A stretch of DNA of 64,000 bases. It comes from Alphaproteobacteria bacterium (GTDB lineage Bacteria > Pseudomonadota > Alphaproteobacteria > UBA828). The translations under genes and the position numbers were made by a program. Below are positions 9,267-18,595 of this stretch, one piece after another. Location of the stretch: the NCBI GenBank assembly GCA_965237415.1, contig CBDEFM010000002.1:3488001-3552000 (forward strand), read 5' to 3'. The notes below the pieces were generated by a model. The model searched no databases and was not told the DNA's origin. It saw nothing but the letters and a program-made list of their open reading frames with translations. Position 1 is the stretch's first letter, and every line of letters starts with the position of its first letter.

Positions 9267-9917
9267 GTGGACGACAGCCAGCTCGCGCCCGTAGCCGGCG
9301 CCGATGACAACGCGCCCCAGGGAGCCGGCGGGCGACCGACGAGGGAAGAGGCCGAGCAGGCGGTGCGCGTGCTGCTCCGTTGGGCCGGCGACAACCCCGA
9401 GCGCGAGGGGCTGCTCGATACGCCCAAGCGGGTCGCGCGCGCCTACGAGGAGTATTTTGTGGGCTACGGCCAGGACCCCTATGCGATCCTGCGTCGCACG
9501 TTCGAGGAGACAAACGGCTACGACGAGATGGTCGTTCTCCGCGACATCGATTTCCGGTCGCATTGTGAGCACCATGTGGCGCCGATCGTCGGCCGTGCCC
9601 ACATCGGCTATCTGCCGGACCACCGCGTGGTCGGGATCAGCAAGCTCGCTCGCGTGGTCGATGTGTTCGCCCGGCGCCTGCAGATTCAGGAGAAGCTGAC
9701 CGCCGAGATCGCCGATTCCATCGAGTCGGTCCTGCAGCCGCGCGGCGTCGGGGTCGTGATCGAGGCGGCGCACCACTGCATGACGACGCGCGGCGTCTCC
9801 AAGGAGGGAGTCCTCATGGTGACGAGCCGGATGCTCGGCGCGTTTCGCACGGATTCGAAGACCCGCCGCGAGTTTCTCAGCATGATCGGGAACCCGGCGG
9901 CCTCGGTGCCGCGTTAG
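9267..9917 (+). CDS. folE: GTP cyclohydrolase I
   Basis: [40 protein letters not shown]. Confidence 0.97.
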   Translation: MDDSQLAPVAGADDNAPQGAGGRPTREEAEQAVRVLLRWAGDNPEREGLLDTPKRVARAYEEYFVGYGQDPYAILRRTFEETNGYDEMVVLRDIDFRSHCEHHVAPIVGRAHIGYLPDHRVVGISKLARVVDVFARRLQIQEKLTAEIADSIESVLQPRGVGVVIEAAHHCMTTRGVSKEGVLMVTSRMLGAFRTDSKTRREFLSMIGNPAASVPR

Positions 9918-9966
9918 GCCGCCCGGCCCGGCCGCATCGCCGGGCTAAGGCTTCGAACGCCGTTCG

Positions 9967-11424
9967 ATGGGCTCGGTCAGGGATTTTCGGCCAGTTCTCT
10001 TCGTCGTCGGCATTCTGCTGATTACGCTCTCGCTCGCGATGGTGCTGCCCGCCATCGCCGACGGGGTGACCGCGAACCCGCACTGGCGGGTGTTTCTCGT
10101 TGCGAGCGTCTTTACCCTCTTCATCGGCACCTGCCTGGTGCTCTCCAACAAAATGCGGGAGCCGCGACTGACGGTGCGTCAGGCCTTCGTGCTCACCACC
10201 GTGAGCTGGATCGTCGTCGCCGCCTTCGCCGCCCTGCCGTTCGCCTTTTCCGACCTCAACTTGAGTTATACCGACGCCTATTTCGAGGCGATGTCGGGGC
10301 TCACCACGACGGGATCTACGGTCATCGTCGGGCTCGACGAGGCGCCGCCCGGCATCCTCCTGTGGCGCGCGCTGCTGCAATGGCTCGGCGGCATCGGCAT
10401 CATCGTCACAGCCATCGCGATCCTGCCGATGCTTAGGGTCGGCGGCATGCAGCTCTTCCACACCGAATCGTCCGACAGCTCCGAGAAGGTGCTGCCCCGC
10501 GCGGCCCAGCTCGCCGGGGCCATCGGGATGATCTACCTCGGGCTCACGATCAGCAACGGAATCGCCTACTGGGCCGCCGGCATGACGCCGTTCGAAGCGG
10601 TGTGCCATTCGATGACGACCATCGCCACCGGCGGCTTCTCCACCTCGGACGATTCGCTCGGCCACTTCGGCAACGATGCAATCGAAGGCATCGCCACCGT
10701 CTACATGGTGCTGGGTTCGCTGCCCTTCGTGCTCTATCTCCAGGCCGCGCGCGGCGGCTGGGGCGCATTGGCGCGCGACACGCAGGTGCGCTGGTTCTTC
10801 GGGCTGATCCTGTTCGCCCTGCTTTCTCTCGCGGGCTGGCAGATGGTGGCTAACGAGGCCGCTGTAACCGACGCCTTCCGCGAGGCTGCCTTCAACGGCA
10901 TCTCGATATTGACAGGAACCGGCTATTCCACGGCCGATTTCTCGGCCTGGGGCACGTTCGCGCTGCCCGTCTTCACGCTCCTCATGTTCATCGGCGGCTG
11001 CACCGGCGCCACCACGGGCGGCGTGAAGGTCTTCCGAATCCAGGTCCTGGCATCGACGTCCCTGCTTCAGATCCGTCAACTCATCCAACCCCACGGCGTC
11101 TTCATCAGCAAGTTCAACCGACGGCCGATTCCTGAAAGCGTGCCGCCGGCGGTGATGGGGTTCTTCTTCCTGTTCGTGGTGAGCTTTGGGCTGATCGCCA
11201 TGGGGTTGGCGCTGATGGGCCTCGACTATGTAACCAGCATCAGCGGCGCGGCCACGGCAATCGCCAACGTCGGCCCCGGCCTCGGCGAGACCATTGGCCC
11301 CTCCGGCACCTTCCAGCCTTTGCCGAAGCCGGCGAAATGGCTGCTGTCGGCCGCCATGCTGCTCGGCCGGCTCGAGCTCTTCACAGTGCTGGTGCTGTTC
11401 GTCCCCCGCTTCTGGCGGGACTGA
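9967..11424 (+). CDS. trkH: Trk system potassium uptake protein
   Basis: FEAMSGLTTTG, TIATGGF, FIGGCTGATTGGVK, NVGPG, MLLGRLE. Confidence 0.95.
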   Translation: MGSVRDFRPVLFVVGILLITLSLAMVLPAIADGVTANPHWRVFLVASVFTLFIGTCLVLSNKMREPRLTVRQAFVLTTVSWIVVAAFAALPFAFSDLNLSYTDAYFEAMSGLTTTGSTVIVGLDEAPPGILLWRALLQWLGGIGIIVTAIAILPMLRVGGMQLFHTESSDSSEKVLPRAAQLAGAIGMIYLGLTISNGIAYWAAGMTPFEAVCHSMTTIATGGFSTSDDSLGHFGNDAIEGIATVYMVLGSLPFVLYLQAARGGWGALARDTQVRWFFGLILFALLSLAGWQMVANEAAVTDAFREAAFNGISILTGTGYSTADFSAWGTFALPVFTLLMFIGGCTGATTGGVKVFRIQVLASTSLLQIRQLIQPHGVFISKFNRRPIPESVPPAVMGFFFLFVVSFGLIAMGLALMGLDYVTSISGAATAIANVGPGLGETIGPSGTFQPLPKPAKWLLSAAMLLGRLELFTVLVLFVPRFWRD

Positions 11425-11433
11425 GAAGGGCAA

Positions 11434-11722
11434 GGGGGCCGGGTCAGCCCGCTCAAGGCCCCGGACCATGGTGCGCTGCTCGGCGCGCGCCGGCTGCGCC
11501 GGTATCGCGCCATGCAGCGCAATACCGAACAGGCCTCGGCAGGCGGAGGCAAGATGAGTGGGCGCTTCTCGGCTGGGCAGCCGCCGCCCGTCCCGCGGAA
11601 TCCCACCGAATCCCACCGAATCCCGCTTCGAATTAAAGAATGTGGCAGCGTCCCGCGTTCCCGCGCGACATGTTCCCGCGCGCGAACGCGCCGCATGTAC
11701 CCGCGCGCGGGAGCGCGCGACG
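11434..11722 (+). repeat. Dispersed structured intergenic element, copy 2
   Basis: Homologous to 5095-5379. TCCC at exactly 11591/11601/11611/11621, AAGAATGT at 11636-11643, long hairpin 11649-11722. Confidence 0.8.
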
Positions 11723-11751
11723 CAGGCCGTGGCCGAGGTGAGAGTTTCGGG

Positions 11752-12504
11752 TCAGCCCTTCTCCGCCAACATGCCGCCGTCCACCGGCAGCACGTGGCCG
11801 GTGACGAAGCTCGCCTTGTCCGAGAGCAGCCAGACCACCGCGTCGGCGACCTCCTCGGGCCGGCCGATCCGCCCCATCGGCACGCGGCCCGATGCTTTGG
11901 AGGGATCGTTGTCCCAGCCGCGCAGCAGGAGCGGCGTCAGGATCGGCCCCGGTGCCACCGCGTTCACCCGGATGCCGTCCTTCGCATAATCGAGCGCCGC
12001 CGCTCTGGTCATGCCGGAGACCGCGTGCTTCGCGGTCATGTACGGCGACCAGAGCGGGTAGGCGGCAAGCCCCCACATGGAGCCGGCATTGACGATCGAC
12101 CCGCCGCCCGACTCCAGCATCGCCGGGATCTCCGCCTGCATGCAGAGGTAGACGCCCTCGATCATGACCGCGAAGACGTGCTGGACGGCGGCCATGTCCT
12201 GCTCCGCCAGCAGAGCCTGGGGGCCTTCGATGCCGGCGTTGTTGTAGGCAAGGTCGAGCCGGCCGAATTCGCTGAGCGTCTTGTCGACGAGGGCCTCGAC
12301 CTGATCCGCCTCGGCGACGTCGGTGCGCAGGAAGGCCGCCTGGCCGCCGGCTTCGCGGACCTCGGCGGCCACGGCCTCGCCGCCGGACTCGTCGATATCG
12401 GCGACCAGCACCGCCGCGCCCTCGGCGGCCAGCGCCCGCACCGTCGCCTGCCCAATGCCCGAGCCGCCGCCGGTCACGATCGCTACGCGCTCCGACAACA
12501 TCAT
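11752..12504 (-). CDS. SDR family oxidoreductase
   Basis: TGGGSGIG, NNAG, YMTAK (YxxxK), IRVNAVAPG. Start at MMLSERVAIV with GGAGG RBS. Confidence 0.92.
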   Translation of the reverse strand: MMLSERVAIVTGGGSGIGQATVRALAAEGAAVLVADIDESGGEAVAAEVREAGGQAAFLRTDVAEADQVEALVDKTLSEFGRLDLAYNNAGIEGPQALLAEQDMAAVQHVFAVMIEGVYLCMQAEIPAMLESGGGSIVNAGSMWGLAAYPLWSPYMTAKHAVSGMTRAAALDYAKDGIRVNAVAPGPILTPLLLRGWDNDPSKASGRVPMGRIGRPEEVADAVVWLLSDKASFVTGHVLPVDGGMLAEKG

Positions 12505-12533
12505 CGCTGTGTCCTCCCCATCAGAGCCTCCCG

Positions 12534-13523
12534 TCAGCCCGCCGGATCGATGACCCGGTCGGGCGGATTGTGCCCGTCGGCAAACGTCTGAATATTGATC
12601 AGCACCTTCTCGCCCATATCGCGGCGCCCTTCGATCGTGGCCGAGCCGATGTGAGGGAGCGCCACCACATTGTCGAGCGTGAGCAGCTTCGGCGTAACGA
12701 CGGGCTCGTTCTCGTACACGTCGAGGCCGGCGCCCCCGATCCTGCCGGCGTCGAGCAGGCGCACCAGTGCTGCCTCGTCGATGGCGTGGCCGCGCGAGGT
12801 GTTGATGACGTAGGCTTGCGGGCGCAGCAGGCTGAGCCGCCGGGCCGACAGCAGGTGATAGGTGGCCGGCGTGCTCGGGCAGTGAATCGAGACAAAATCC
12901 ATATGCGCCAGCATCTGGTCCAGGCTCTGCCACCACGTCGCCTCGAGCTCGGCCTCGGTCTCGCCGTCGAGACGGTTCCGGTTGTGGTAGTGGATGGAGA
13001 GGCCGAAGCCCCGCGCCCGGCGGGCGACCGCCTGGCCGATCCGCCCCATGCCGATGATGCCGAGGCGCTTGCCCCAGATCCGGTGGCCCAGCATGGTGGT
13101 CGGCGCCCATCCCTGCCAGTCGCCGCCGCGCAGCAGCCGTTCGCCCTCGGAAAGCCGGCGCGGCACCGCGAGGATCAGCGCCATCGTCATGTCCGCCGTG
13201 TCCTCGGTCAGCACGCCCGGCGTGTTGGTCACCAGGATTCCGCGCTCTCTGGCCGCGGCGAGGTCGATATGATCGACGCCGGTTCCGAAGCTCGCGATCA
13301 GCTTCAGGTCAGGGCCGGCCTGGCCGATGAGGTCGCCATCGATCGTGTCCGTCACCGTCGGCACGAACACGTCGGCCTCCGCCACGGCTTGCGCCAGGGC
13401 CTCACGGTCCAGCGGCCGATCGTCCTCATTGAGTCGGGTGTCGAAAAGCTCCATCATGCGCGCCTCGATCTCCCGGGGGAGACGCCGCGTCACGATCACC
13501 TTGAGCTTTCTGCCAGGCCTCAT
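12534..13523 (-). CDS. D-2-hydroxyacid dehydrogenase (glyoxylate reductase / D-glycerate dehydrogenase)
   Basis: VTNTPGVLTEDTAD, GIIGMGRIG, INTSRG, GLDVYENEP, LPHIGSAT. Confidence 0.93.
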   Translation of the reverse strand: MRPGRKLKVIVTRRLPREIEARMMELFDTRLNEDDRPLDREALAQAVAEADVFVPTVTDTIDGDLIGQAGPDLKLIASFGTGVDHIDLAAARERGILVTNTPGVLTEDTADMTMALILAVPRRLSEGERLLRGGDWQGWAPTTMLGHRIWGKRLGIIGMGRIGQAVARRARGFGLSIHYHNRNRLDGETEAELEATWWQSLDQMLAHMDFVSIHCPSTPATYHLLSARRLSLLRPQAYVINTSRGHAIDEAALVRLLDAGRIGGAGLDVYENEPVVTPKLLTLDNVVALPHIGSATIEGRRDMGEKVLINIQTFADGHNPPDRVIDPAG

Positions 13524-13663
13524 CGACCCTCCGCGCACGGTTCGGCGGGCTCGACCCGACCGCAACAGGCAGCCTGTTTAGCAAACGCCCCATGGCGACT
13601 CAATCTGCCGCGCGGGCTCCGAGGCCCACCATGACCGCCCGTCGATACCGCCACCGCGAAAAT

Positions 13664-14194
13664 ATGCCGCCGGGGTTTGGCCCTCGTGTGTCGGCGCGCT
13701 TCTTCGCGGCCGCCCGCGCGGCCGCCCTTGTCGCGGCGCTGGCGATGCTTCTCGGCGCAGTCGCCGCGCTTGCGGGACCCGAGGCTCGCGCCCAAGACGG
13801 CGAGCGCTTCGTCTCTCTCAAGGCGGAGCGCGCCAATCTCCGGGTCGGCCCCGGCCGGCGTTATCCCATCGAATGGGTCTACACGCGCCCGGGCCTGCCG
13901 CTGCTCGTGATCGCGCACTTCGATCAATGGCGCTGGGTGCGCGATCACGAAGGGACGAAGGGCTGGATGCACAAGTCGCTGCTGTCGACGCACCGTACGG
14001 CCCTGATCATGGGCGGAGTGCAGACCATACGGGAGCGCCCGTTGAACGGCTCGCCGGCGGTGCTGCGGGCCGAGGCAGGCGTCATCGCCGATCTGCTCGG
14101 CTGCGAGGACGGCTGGTGCCGCATCGCGCTCGCCGGCGAGGAGGGTTGGGTACCCGAGAACGCCCTCTGGGGCGTGCGTCCGCCGGCACCCTGA
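13664..14194 (+). CDS. Exported protein with two bacterial SH3 domains
   Basis: Signal peptide, RFVSLK...NLRVGPG..YPIEWVY...GWMHKSLLS, C-x4-C and GWV. Typical divergent partner of the glyoxylate reductase. Start uncertain. Confidence 0.85.
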   Translation: MPPGFGPRVSARFFAAARAAALVAALAMLLGAVAALAGPEARAQDGERFVSLKAERANLRVGPGRRYPIEWVYTRPGLPLLVIAHFDQWRWVRDHEGTKGWMHKSLLSTHRTALIMGGVQTIRERPLNGSPAVLRAEAGVIADLLGCEDGWCRIALAGEEGWVPENALWGVRPPAP

Positions 14195-14218
14195 CGGCGG
14201 GGAACGGGGGAGCGGCGC

Positions 14219-14827
14219 TCAGCCGGTCCCCTCGTCCAGGTCTTCGGCCAAGACGGTGCGGGTCTCCTCCGGCATGATGGCGAGGTGGCCGTAAGCGGGG
14301 TGATCGATACCCAACAGGACGCGCGCGCCCGGCGTGCGGAACGCTGCGGCCACCGCCGGCGGGAAGGGGAAGCGGAGAAAATGAATCGAGGAAGTCTTGC
14401 CGTCCTCGCTCGTCCGCGCGACCTCGTCCTCGATCGGCTGTGCCGCGACGGCGGTACCGCCGACCTCGAGCCTGATGGTGTCCTCGATCCCGGCCAGTCG
14501 ATAGAGCTCGCGCTCCCGGCGCGTGGGGTCGTCGATCTCCAGCATGAGCGTCGCGATCAGCGCGTCGCCGCGCGGGATCAACGGATTGTAGGCCTCGAGC
14601 TCACCCGCGACCTGCTCCTCGCCGCCGCGCTCGATGTGGAGCATCTCGTGTACCTGCATCCACATGGTCTCGTAGCACTCGAAATGGAATGTCGCGAAGG
14701 GGCCGACGGCGAGCCTGCGGTGGCGCTTCAGCGCCGCGATGGCGGCGCGCTTCGCCGCCCGGACCTTGGCATAGTCCGCCATGTCCATGATGTCGGCGCG
14801 GGTGAGCGCGCGGCGCGGGCTGGTCAT
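14219..14827 (-). CDS. DUF3501 family protein
   Basis: RRLAVGPFATFHFE...QVHEMLHIERG...ELEAYNPLIP...TSSIHFLRF...DHPAY. Confidence 0.88.
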   Translation of the reverse strand: MTSPRRALTRADIMDMADYAKVRAAKRAAIAALKRHRRLAVGPFATFHFECYETMWMQVHEMLHIERGGEEQVAGELEAYNPLIPRGDALIATLMLEIDDPTRRERELYRLAGIEDTIRLEVGGTAVAAQPIEDEVARTSEDGKTSSIHFLRFPFPPAVAAAFRTPGARVLLGIDHPAYGHLAIMPEETRTVLAEDLDEGTG

Positions 14828-14828
14828 T

Positions 14829-16187
14829 TCAGGCGAGGCCGTAGGCGCGGGCCAGCAGCTCGATCGGGTGGTGGGCGCGGCCGGCAGCAGGGGCACCGTC
14901 GGTCGGATCGCCGTCCTTGGCTGCCTGGCGGGCTATCCCGTTCACGATATGCGCGCCGGCGAGCGGGCACTCCGAAGCGAGATAGGGTTTCGCTGCCTCT
15001 CGTGCCCGTCGTGCCGTCGTCCGGCCGACCTTCAGCGCGGTCTCGTGGAAGCCCTTGGTGACGCCGATGGAACCGCCGTGGCCGGAGCAGCGCTCGATGA
15101 TGGAGACCTCGGTCTCCGGCACGAGCGCCAGCATGTCCGCCGACTTGCGCCCCACATTCTGGGCCCGCTCGTGGCACGGGAGATGGAGCGTGATGCCGCC
15201 GTCGATGGGGGCGAGCCCCGGCGCCAGCCCCTCCGAGCGAGCGATGCCGACGACATACTCGCAGATGTCATGGCTGTGCTCGGCGAGACGCTTGACCGCA
15301 GGGTCGTCCGGCAGGATCAGCGGCCATTCGAGCTTGAGCATGAGCGCGCAGCTCGCCACCAGGGCGATGACGTCGTAGCCTCGGTCGATCCACTCGCTGA
15401 GCGCCGCCGCCGTGTGCCGCGCGCCCTCCGCGACGCGCTCGATATCCCCCTCCTCGAGCTGTGGCATGCCGCAGCAGCGGGGGTAGACGACCGCGGTCTC
15501 GACACCATTGTGCGCCAATACCTTGCGGGCCGCCGCGCCGACCTCCGGCTGGTTGTAGTTGGCGAAACAGGTCGCATAGAGAACCACCTTGCGCCCGGCC
15601 GCAGGCGCCTGCCGATTGACCGCAGGCGAGGCCTTGGTCGCGCGGTCGAGCAGGGTGCGGCGGTGGTAGCGCGGCAGCGGCGCCTCCTTGTGAACGCCCG
15701 CGACGGCCTCCAGCAACGGCCGGGTGAGGCCGTTACCTTGGGCGGAGGCCCAGTTCATCACCGGCGCCAGCGTGCGGGCGAGGCGGCCGTTCTTGTCGGT
15801 CTCGGCGAGCCGCTTGGATGCGGTGGTATGGCGCCGGCCCGCGCGGCGGTCGGCGGCGCGGTGGCGCAGCATGAGATGGGGAAAGTCGACGTTCCACTCG
15901 TGCGGCGGCGTATAGGGGCACATGGTCATGAAACACATGTCGCAGAGCGTGCAGGCGTCCACGACCGACTTGAAGCCGGAGGAATCGACCGAATCCATCT
16001 CGCCCGTCTCGGACTCGTCGATCAGGTCGAACAGGCGCGGAAAGGAATCGCAGAGGCTGAAGCAGCGCCGGCAGCCGTGGCAGATGTCGAAGACCCGGCG
16101 CGTTTCCCGCTCAAGCGCCGCGCTGTCGTAGAATTCGGGGTTTCGCCAGTCTATCGGATGGCGGAAGGGCGCGCCCTCGTCGGCCAT
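14829..16187 (-). CDS. Fe-S oxidoreductase with CCG domains (GlpC/heterodisulfide-reductase-related, rubrerythrin-associated type)
   Basis: CHGCRRCFSLC, CTLCDMCFMTMCPY, CCGMP, CSGHGG, SECPLA. Confidence 0.9.
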   Translation of the reverse strand: MADEGAPFRHPIDWRNPEFYDSAALERETRRVFDICHGCRRCFSLCDSFPRLFDLIDESETGEMDSVDSSGFKSVVDACTLCDMCFMTMCPYTPPHEWNVDFPHLMLRHRAADRRAGRRHTTASKRLAETDKNGRLARTLAPVMNWASAQGNGLTRPLLEAVAGVHKEAPLPRYHRRTLLDRATKASPAVNRQAPAAGRKVVLYATCFANYNQPEVGAAARKVLAHNGVETAVVYPRCCGMPQLEEGDIERVAEGARHTAAALSEWIDRGYDVIALVASCALMLKLEWPLILPDDPAVKRLAEHSHDICEYVVGIARSEGLAPGLAPIDGGITLHLPCHERAQNVGRKSADMLALVPETEVSIIERCSGHGGSIGVTKGFHETALKVGRTTARRAREAAKPYLASECPLAGAHIVNGIARQAAKDGDPTDGAPAAGRAHHPIELLARAYGLA

Positions 16188-16200
16188 CGAGACGGCAGTG

Positions 16201-16416
16201 TTACCGGCAGGAACCGCAGAGTCGGTTACCCGGCCCCGCACTATCGAAGAGGCGGCCGCAGCGGAGGCAGCGGCGCTGACTCTCCTGCGCCTCCAGGCGA
16301 TCGAGCTCCGCGAGTTCGTCGGAGAGCGAGATCATCCCCGGTCCGCGATCCACATTCCTGGCGGCTTCACGCCGCGCATCCCATTTGGTCCGTCGTTGAG
16401 GCGCGAGCGACATCAT
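16201..16416 (-). CDS. Small CxxC-x13-CxxC metal-binding (Zn-finger-like) protein
   Basis: C-terminus RRCLRCGRLFDSAGPGNRLCGSCR; GC-rich third positions; 13 nt gap to the next gene. Start could be 16416 or 16335. Confidence 0.7.
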   Translation of the reverse strand: MMSLAPQRRTKWDARREAARNVDRGPGMISLSDELAELDRLEAQESQRRCLRCGRLFDSAGPGNRLCGSCR

Positions 16417-16546
16417 TTGGCGCGAATTCCCTGGTGAAGTCGTCTGGTGAGCGTCCGGTAGGACCATTGTACCGAATCGCGGGGCCTGATCTAAGCCAAA
16501 TCTTCATACCGACAGCCAAAATTCAGTACGAAATCGCCTCCCGGGG

Positions 16547-17626
16547 CTATTCGGCCGCCTCGGTGCTGCCTGCAGGCGTACTAAAGGCCGGCATGACGGT
16601 CTCGGCGAAAAGCCGCAGGCTCTTCAGCAGGTTCGCCTCGCCGTAATAGGGTGGGTAATGGAGCAGCAGAGAGTCAAGGCCGGTGGCGGCGCGCAGCGCC
16701 CTGATGCGGGCGATTACGGTGTCGGGCGACCCGTGGATCAGGGTGCTCTCCAGCAGCGTGTCGTAGTCGAACGCCGCGGCGCTTTCCTTCTCCGAGACGT
16801 TGCCGAGATAGCCCGCGGTCTTCTTGCCCAGGAACGCTTCGAGGTGGCGGATGATGCCGGCCTCGCTCTCCTCCCTGGCCGCCGCATCGGTCTCGGCCAC
16901 ATAGACCCAGCGGGCGATGTTGATGGAGCCGAAGGCGGGGTTGGCATTCCACGGCGCCGGCGCGTGCGCCATTGCCTCGCGGTAAAGGGCGATCTGCCCG
17001 GCAAGGGTGTCGAACGAGGGCAGCGTGGAGAGCATCAGGCCGAACCCATGGCGAGCCGCGATCCCGATCGAGCGGTTCGTGCCCGCCGCCATGTAGAACG
17101 GCGGATGCGGCTCCTGCACGCTCGCGGGATAGATCTCGTAGTCGCCCTCGATCCGATGCTGAAAGTGGGTGCCCTCGTGGTTCGCCTTGCGCGTATGGAA
17201 GGCGTCGAGGATCAACGGGATGGCCTCTTCCTGGATGTCGTGGCGGGCGTCGAACGGAATCCCGAAGCCCTCGTACTCGTAGGGCCGGTAGCCGGAGCCG
17301 AGGCCGAGGCTCAGCCGCCCTTCGCTCAGGATGTCGACGAAGGCCGCGTTTTCGACGATTCGCATCGGGTTGTGGAGCGGGAGCGTCATCACCGCCGTGC
17401 CGAGCCCGATACGGGTGGTCTTGGGCGCCAAATACGCCAGATAGACGAAGGGGTCCGGCAGCACGCCGTATTGGTTGGAAAAGTGGTGCTCCGCGATCCA
17501 GGCCGTGTCGTAGCCGAGCCGATCCGCCTCCACGATCTCCCGCGTGACCCGTGCGTGCACGGCGCGGTGCGGATAGGGCTCCACGTCGAGATTGGGCTGC
17601 GAAGTCACCAGAACGCCAAACTGCAT
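16547..17626 (-). CDS. LLM-class flavin-dependent oxidoreductase
   Basis: MQFGV...WIAEHHF...LPLHNPMRIVE...DILSEGRLSLGLGSGY. Confidence 0.9.
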   Translation of the reverse strand: MQFGVLVTSQPNLDVEPYPHRAVHARVTREIVEADRLGYDTAWIAEHHFSNQYGVLPDPFVYLAYLAPKTTRIGLGTAVMTLPLHNPMRIVENAAFVDILSEGRLSLGLGSGYRPYEYEGFGIPFDARHDIQEEAIPLILDAFHTRKANHEGTHFQHRIEGDYEIYPASVQEPHPPFYMAAGTNRSIGIAARHGFGLMLSTLPSFDTLAGQIALYREAMAHAPAPWNANPAFGSINIARWVYVAETDAAAREESEAGIIRHLEAFLGKKTAGYLGNVSEKESAAAFDYDTLLESTLIHGSPDTVIARIRALRAATGLDSLLLHYPPYYGEANLLKSLRLFAETVMPAFSTPAGSTEAAE

Positions 17627-17664
17627 CGTATCCCTCGCCGGTTGCCTGCCCCGCTCGCGTGGGT

Positions 17665-17904
17665 TCACGCCAGGGCGGCGGCTAGTTGTCCCCGATAGAT
17701 CTCCCACTCGCCGTCCTCGCCGGTGAGCAGGCCTTCGCCCTCCGGAATTTCGTCCGGCGAGGTCTTCCACTTGCTCGGGTGGAGCGGCTCGCCGCAGGCC
17801 GAAAGCCAAAGAACAGACGCGGCGGCCAGGACCGGGCCGAGCAACGCACAGGCGCGGCAAAGGCGTACGACCGCCCGCGACAGAGGACGCAAACTCGTCA
17901 TCAT
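17665..17904 (-). CDS. Small hypothetical lipoprotein
   Basis: Lipobox LSA-C followed by DEIPEGEGLLTGEDGEWEIY; 6 nt after the mlaC stop. Confidence 0.7.
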   Translation of the reverse strand: MMTSLRPLSRAVVRLCRACALLGPVLAAASVLWLSACGEPLHPSKWKTSPDEIPEGEGLLTGEDGEWEIYRGQLAAALA

Positions 17905-17910
17905 GCCGGG

Positions 17911-18552
17911 CTATTCGGTCTCGGAGTCTACCGGCGCCTCGACGCGCGCCCGGAGGTCGCTCAGCAACCCGTCGATGCCCTTGCGGTTGACAACCGAGGC
18001 GAACTCGACCCGGTGGGTGTGTAGCATGCTGATCCCTTCGACGGTCACGTCGATGACCTTGTAGCCCTCGTCCCGCATTCGTACGCGGAAATCGACTGCG
18101 ATCGGATCGCCGCCTGAAGGCCGCACGATCTGCGCGCGCACGATCTTGTCGCCGCTCTCGTCATCGATCACCGAGCGCGCCGTGAACAGTTCGCCGCCAT
18201 AGGAATCGAACCGGCTGGCATACACGCGGACGATGAAGTCGACGAAGACCGCCATATAGTCCTTGCGCTGCTCCTTGCTCGCCGTCCTCCAGTGCCGCCC
18301 GAGCACGAAGCGGCCCATGATCGGAATGTCGAAGCCCCTCACCATGACTTCGCGGAACGCGGCCTCCCGCTCCTCGAAGCTGCTGTTGACGTTGTCGCGG
18401 AGGGCTTCCACGGCCTGGTCGCCGAGACTCTGGATGAACGTCAGCGCCGGGTCGTCGCCTGAACGGGCCTGCGGCCCGTTGGTCGCCGAGAGCAAGACGG
18501 CCAATCCGATGACGGCGGCCATGAAGATGCGTCTGGAGATGAGAATGTTCAT
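17911..18552 (-). CDS. mlaC: Phospholipid-binding periplasmic protein MlaC/Ttg2D
   Basis: FDIPIMGRFVLGRHWR, YKVIDVTVEGISM...EF; downstream of mlaA. Confidence 0.9.
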   Translation of the reverse strand: MNILISRRIFMAAVIGLAVLLSATNGPQARSGDDPALTFIQSLGDQAVEALRDNVNSSFEEREAAFREVMVRGFDIPIMGRFVLGRHWRTASKEQRKDYMAVFVDFIVRVYASRFDSYGGELFTARSVIDDESGDKIVRAQIVRPSGGDPIAVDFRVRMRDEGYKVIDVTVEGISMLHTHRVEFASVVNRKGIDGLLSDLRARVEAPVDSETE

Positions 18553-18595
18553 GGGACCTCAGCTCTGCCTCATCCGGGGGGCGCCGAGCGGCGGG

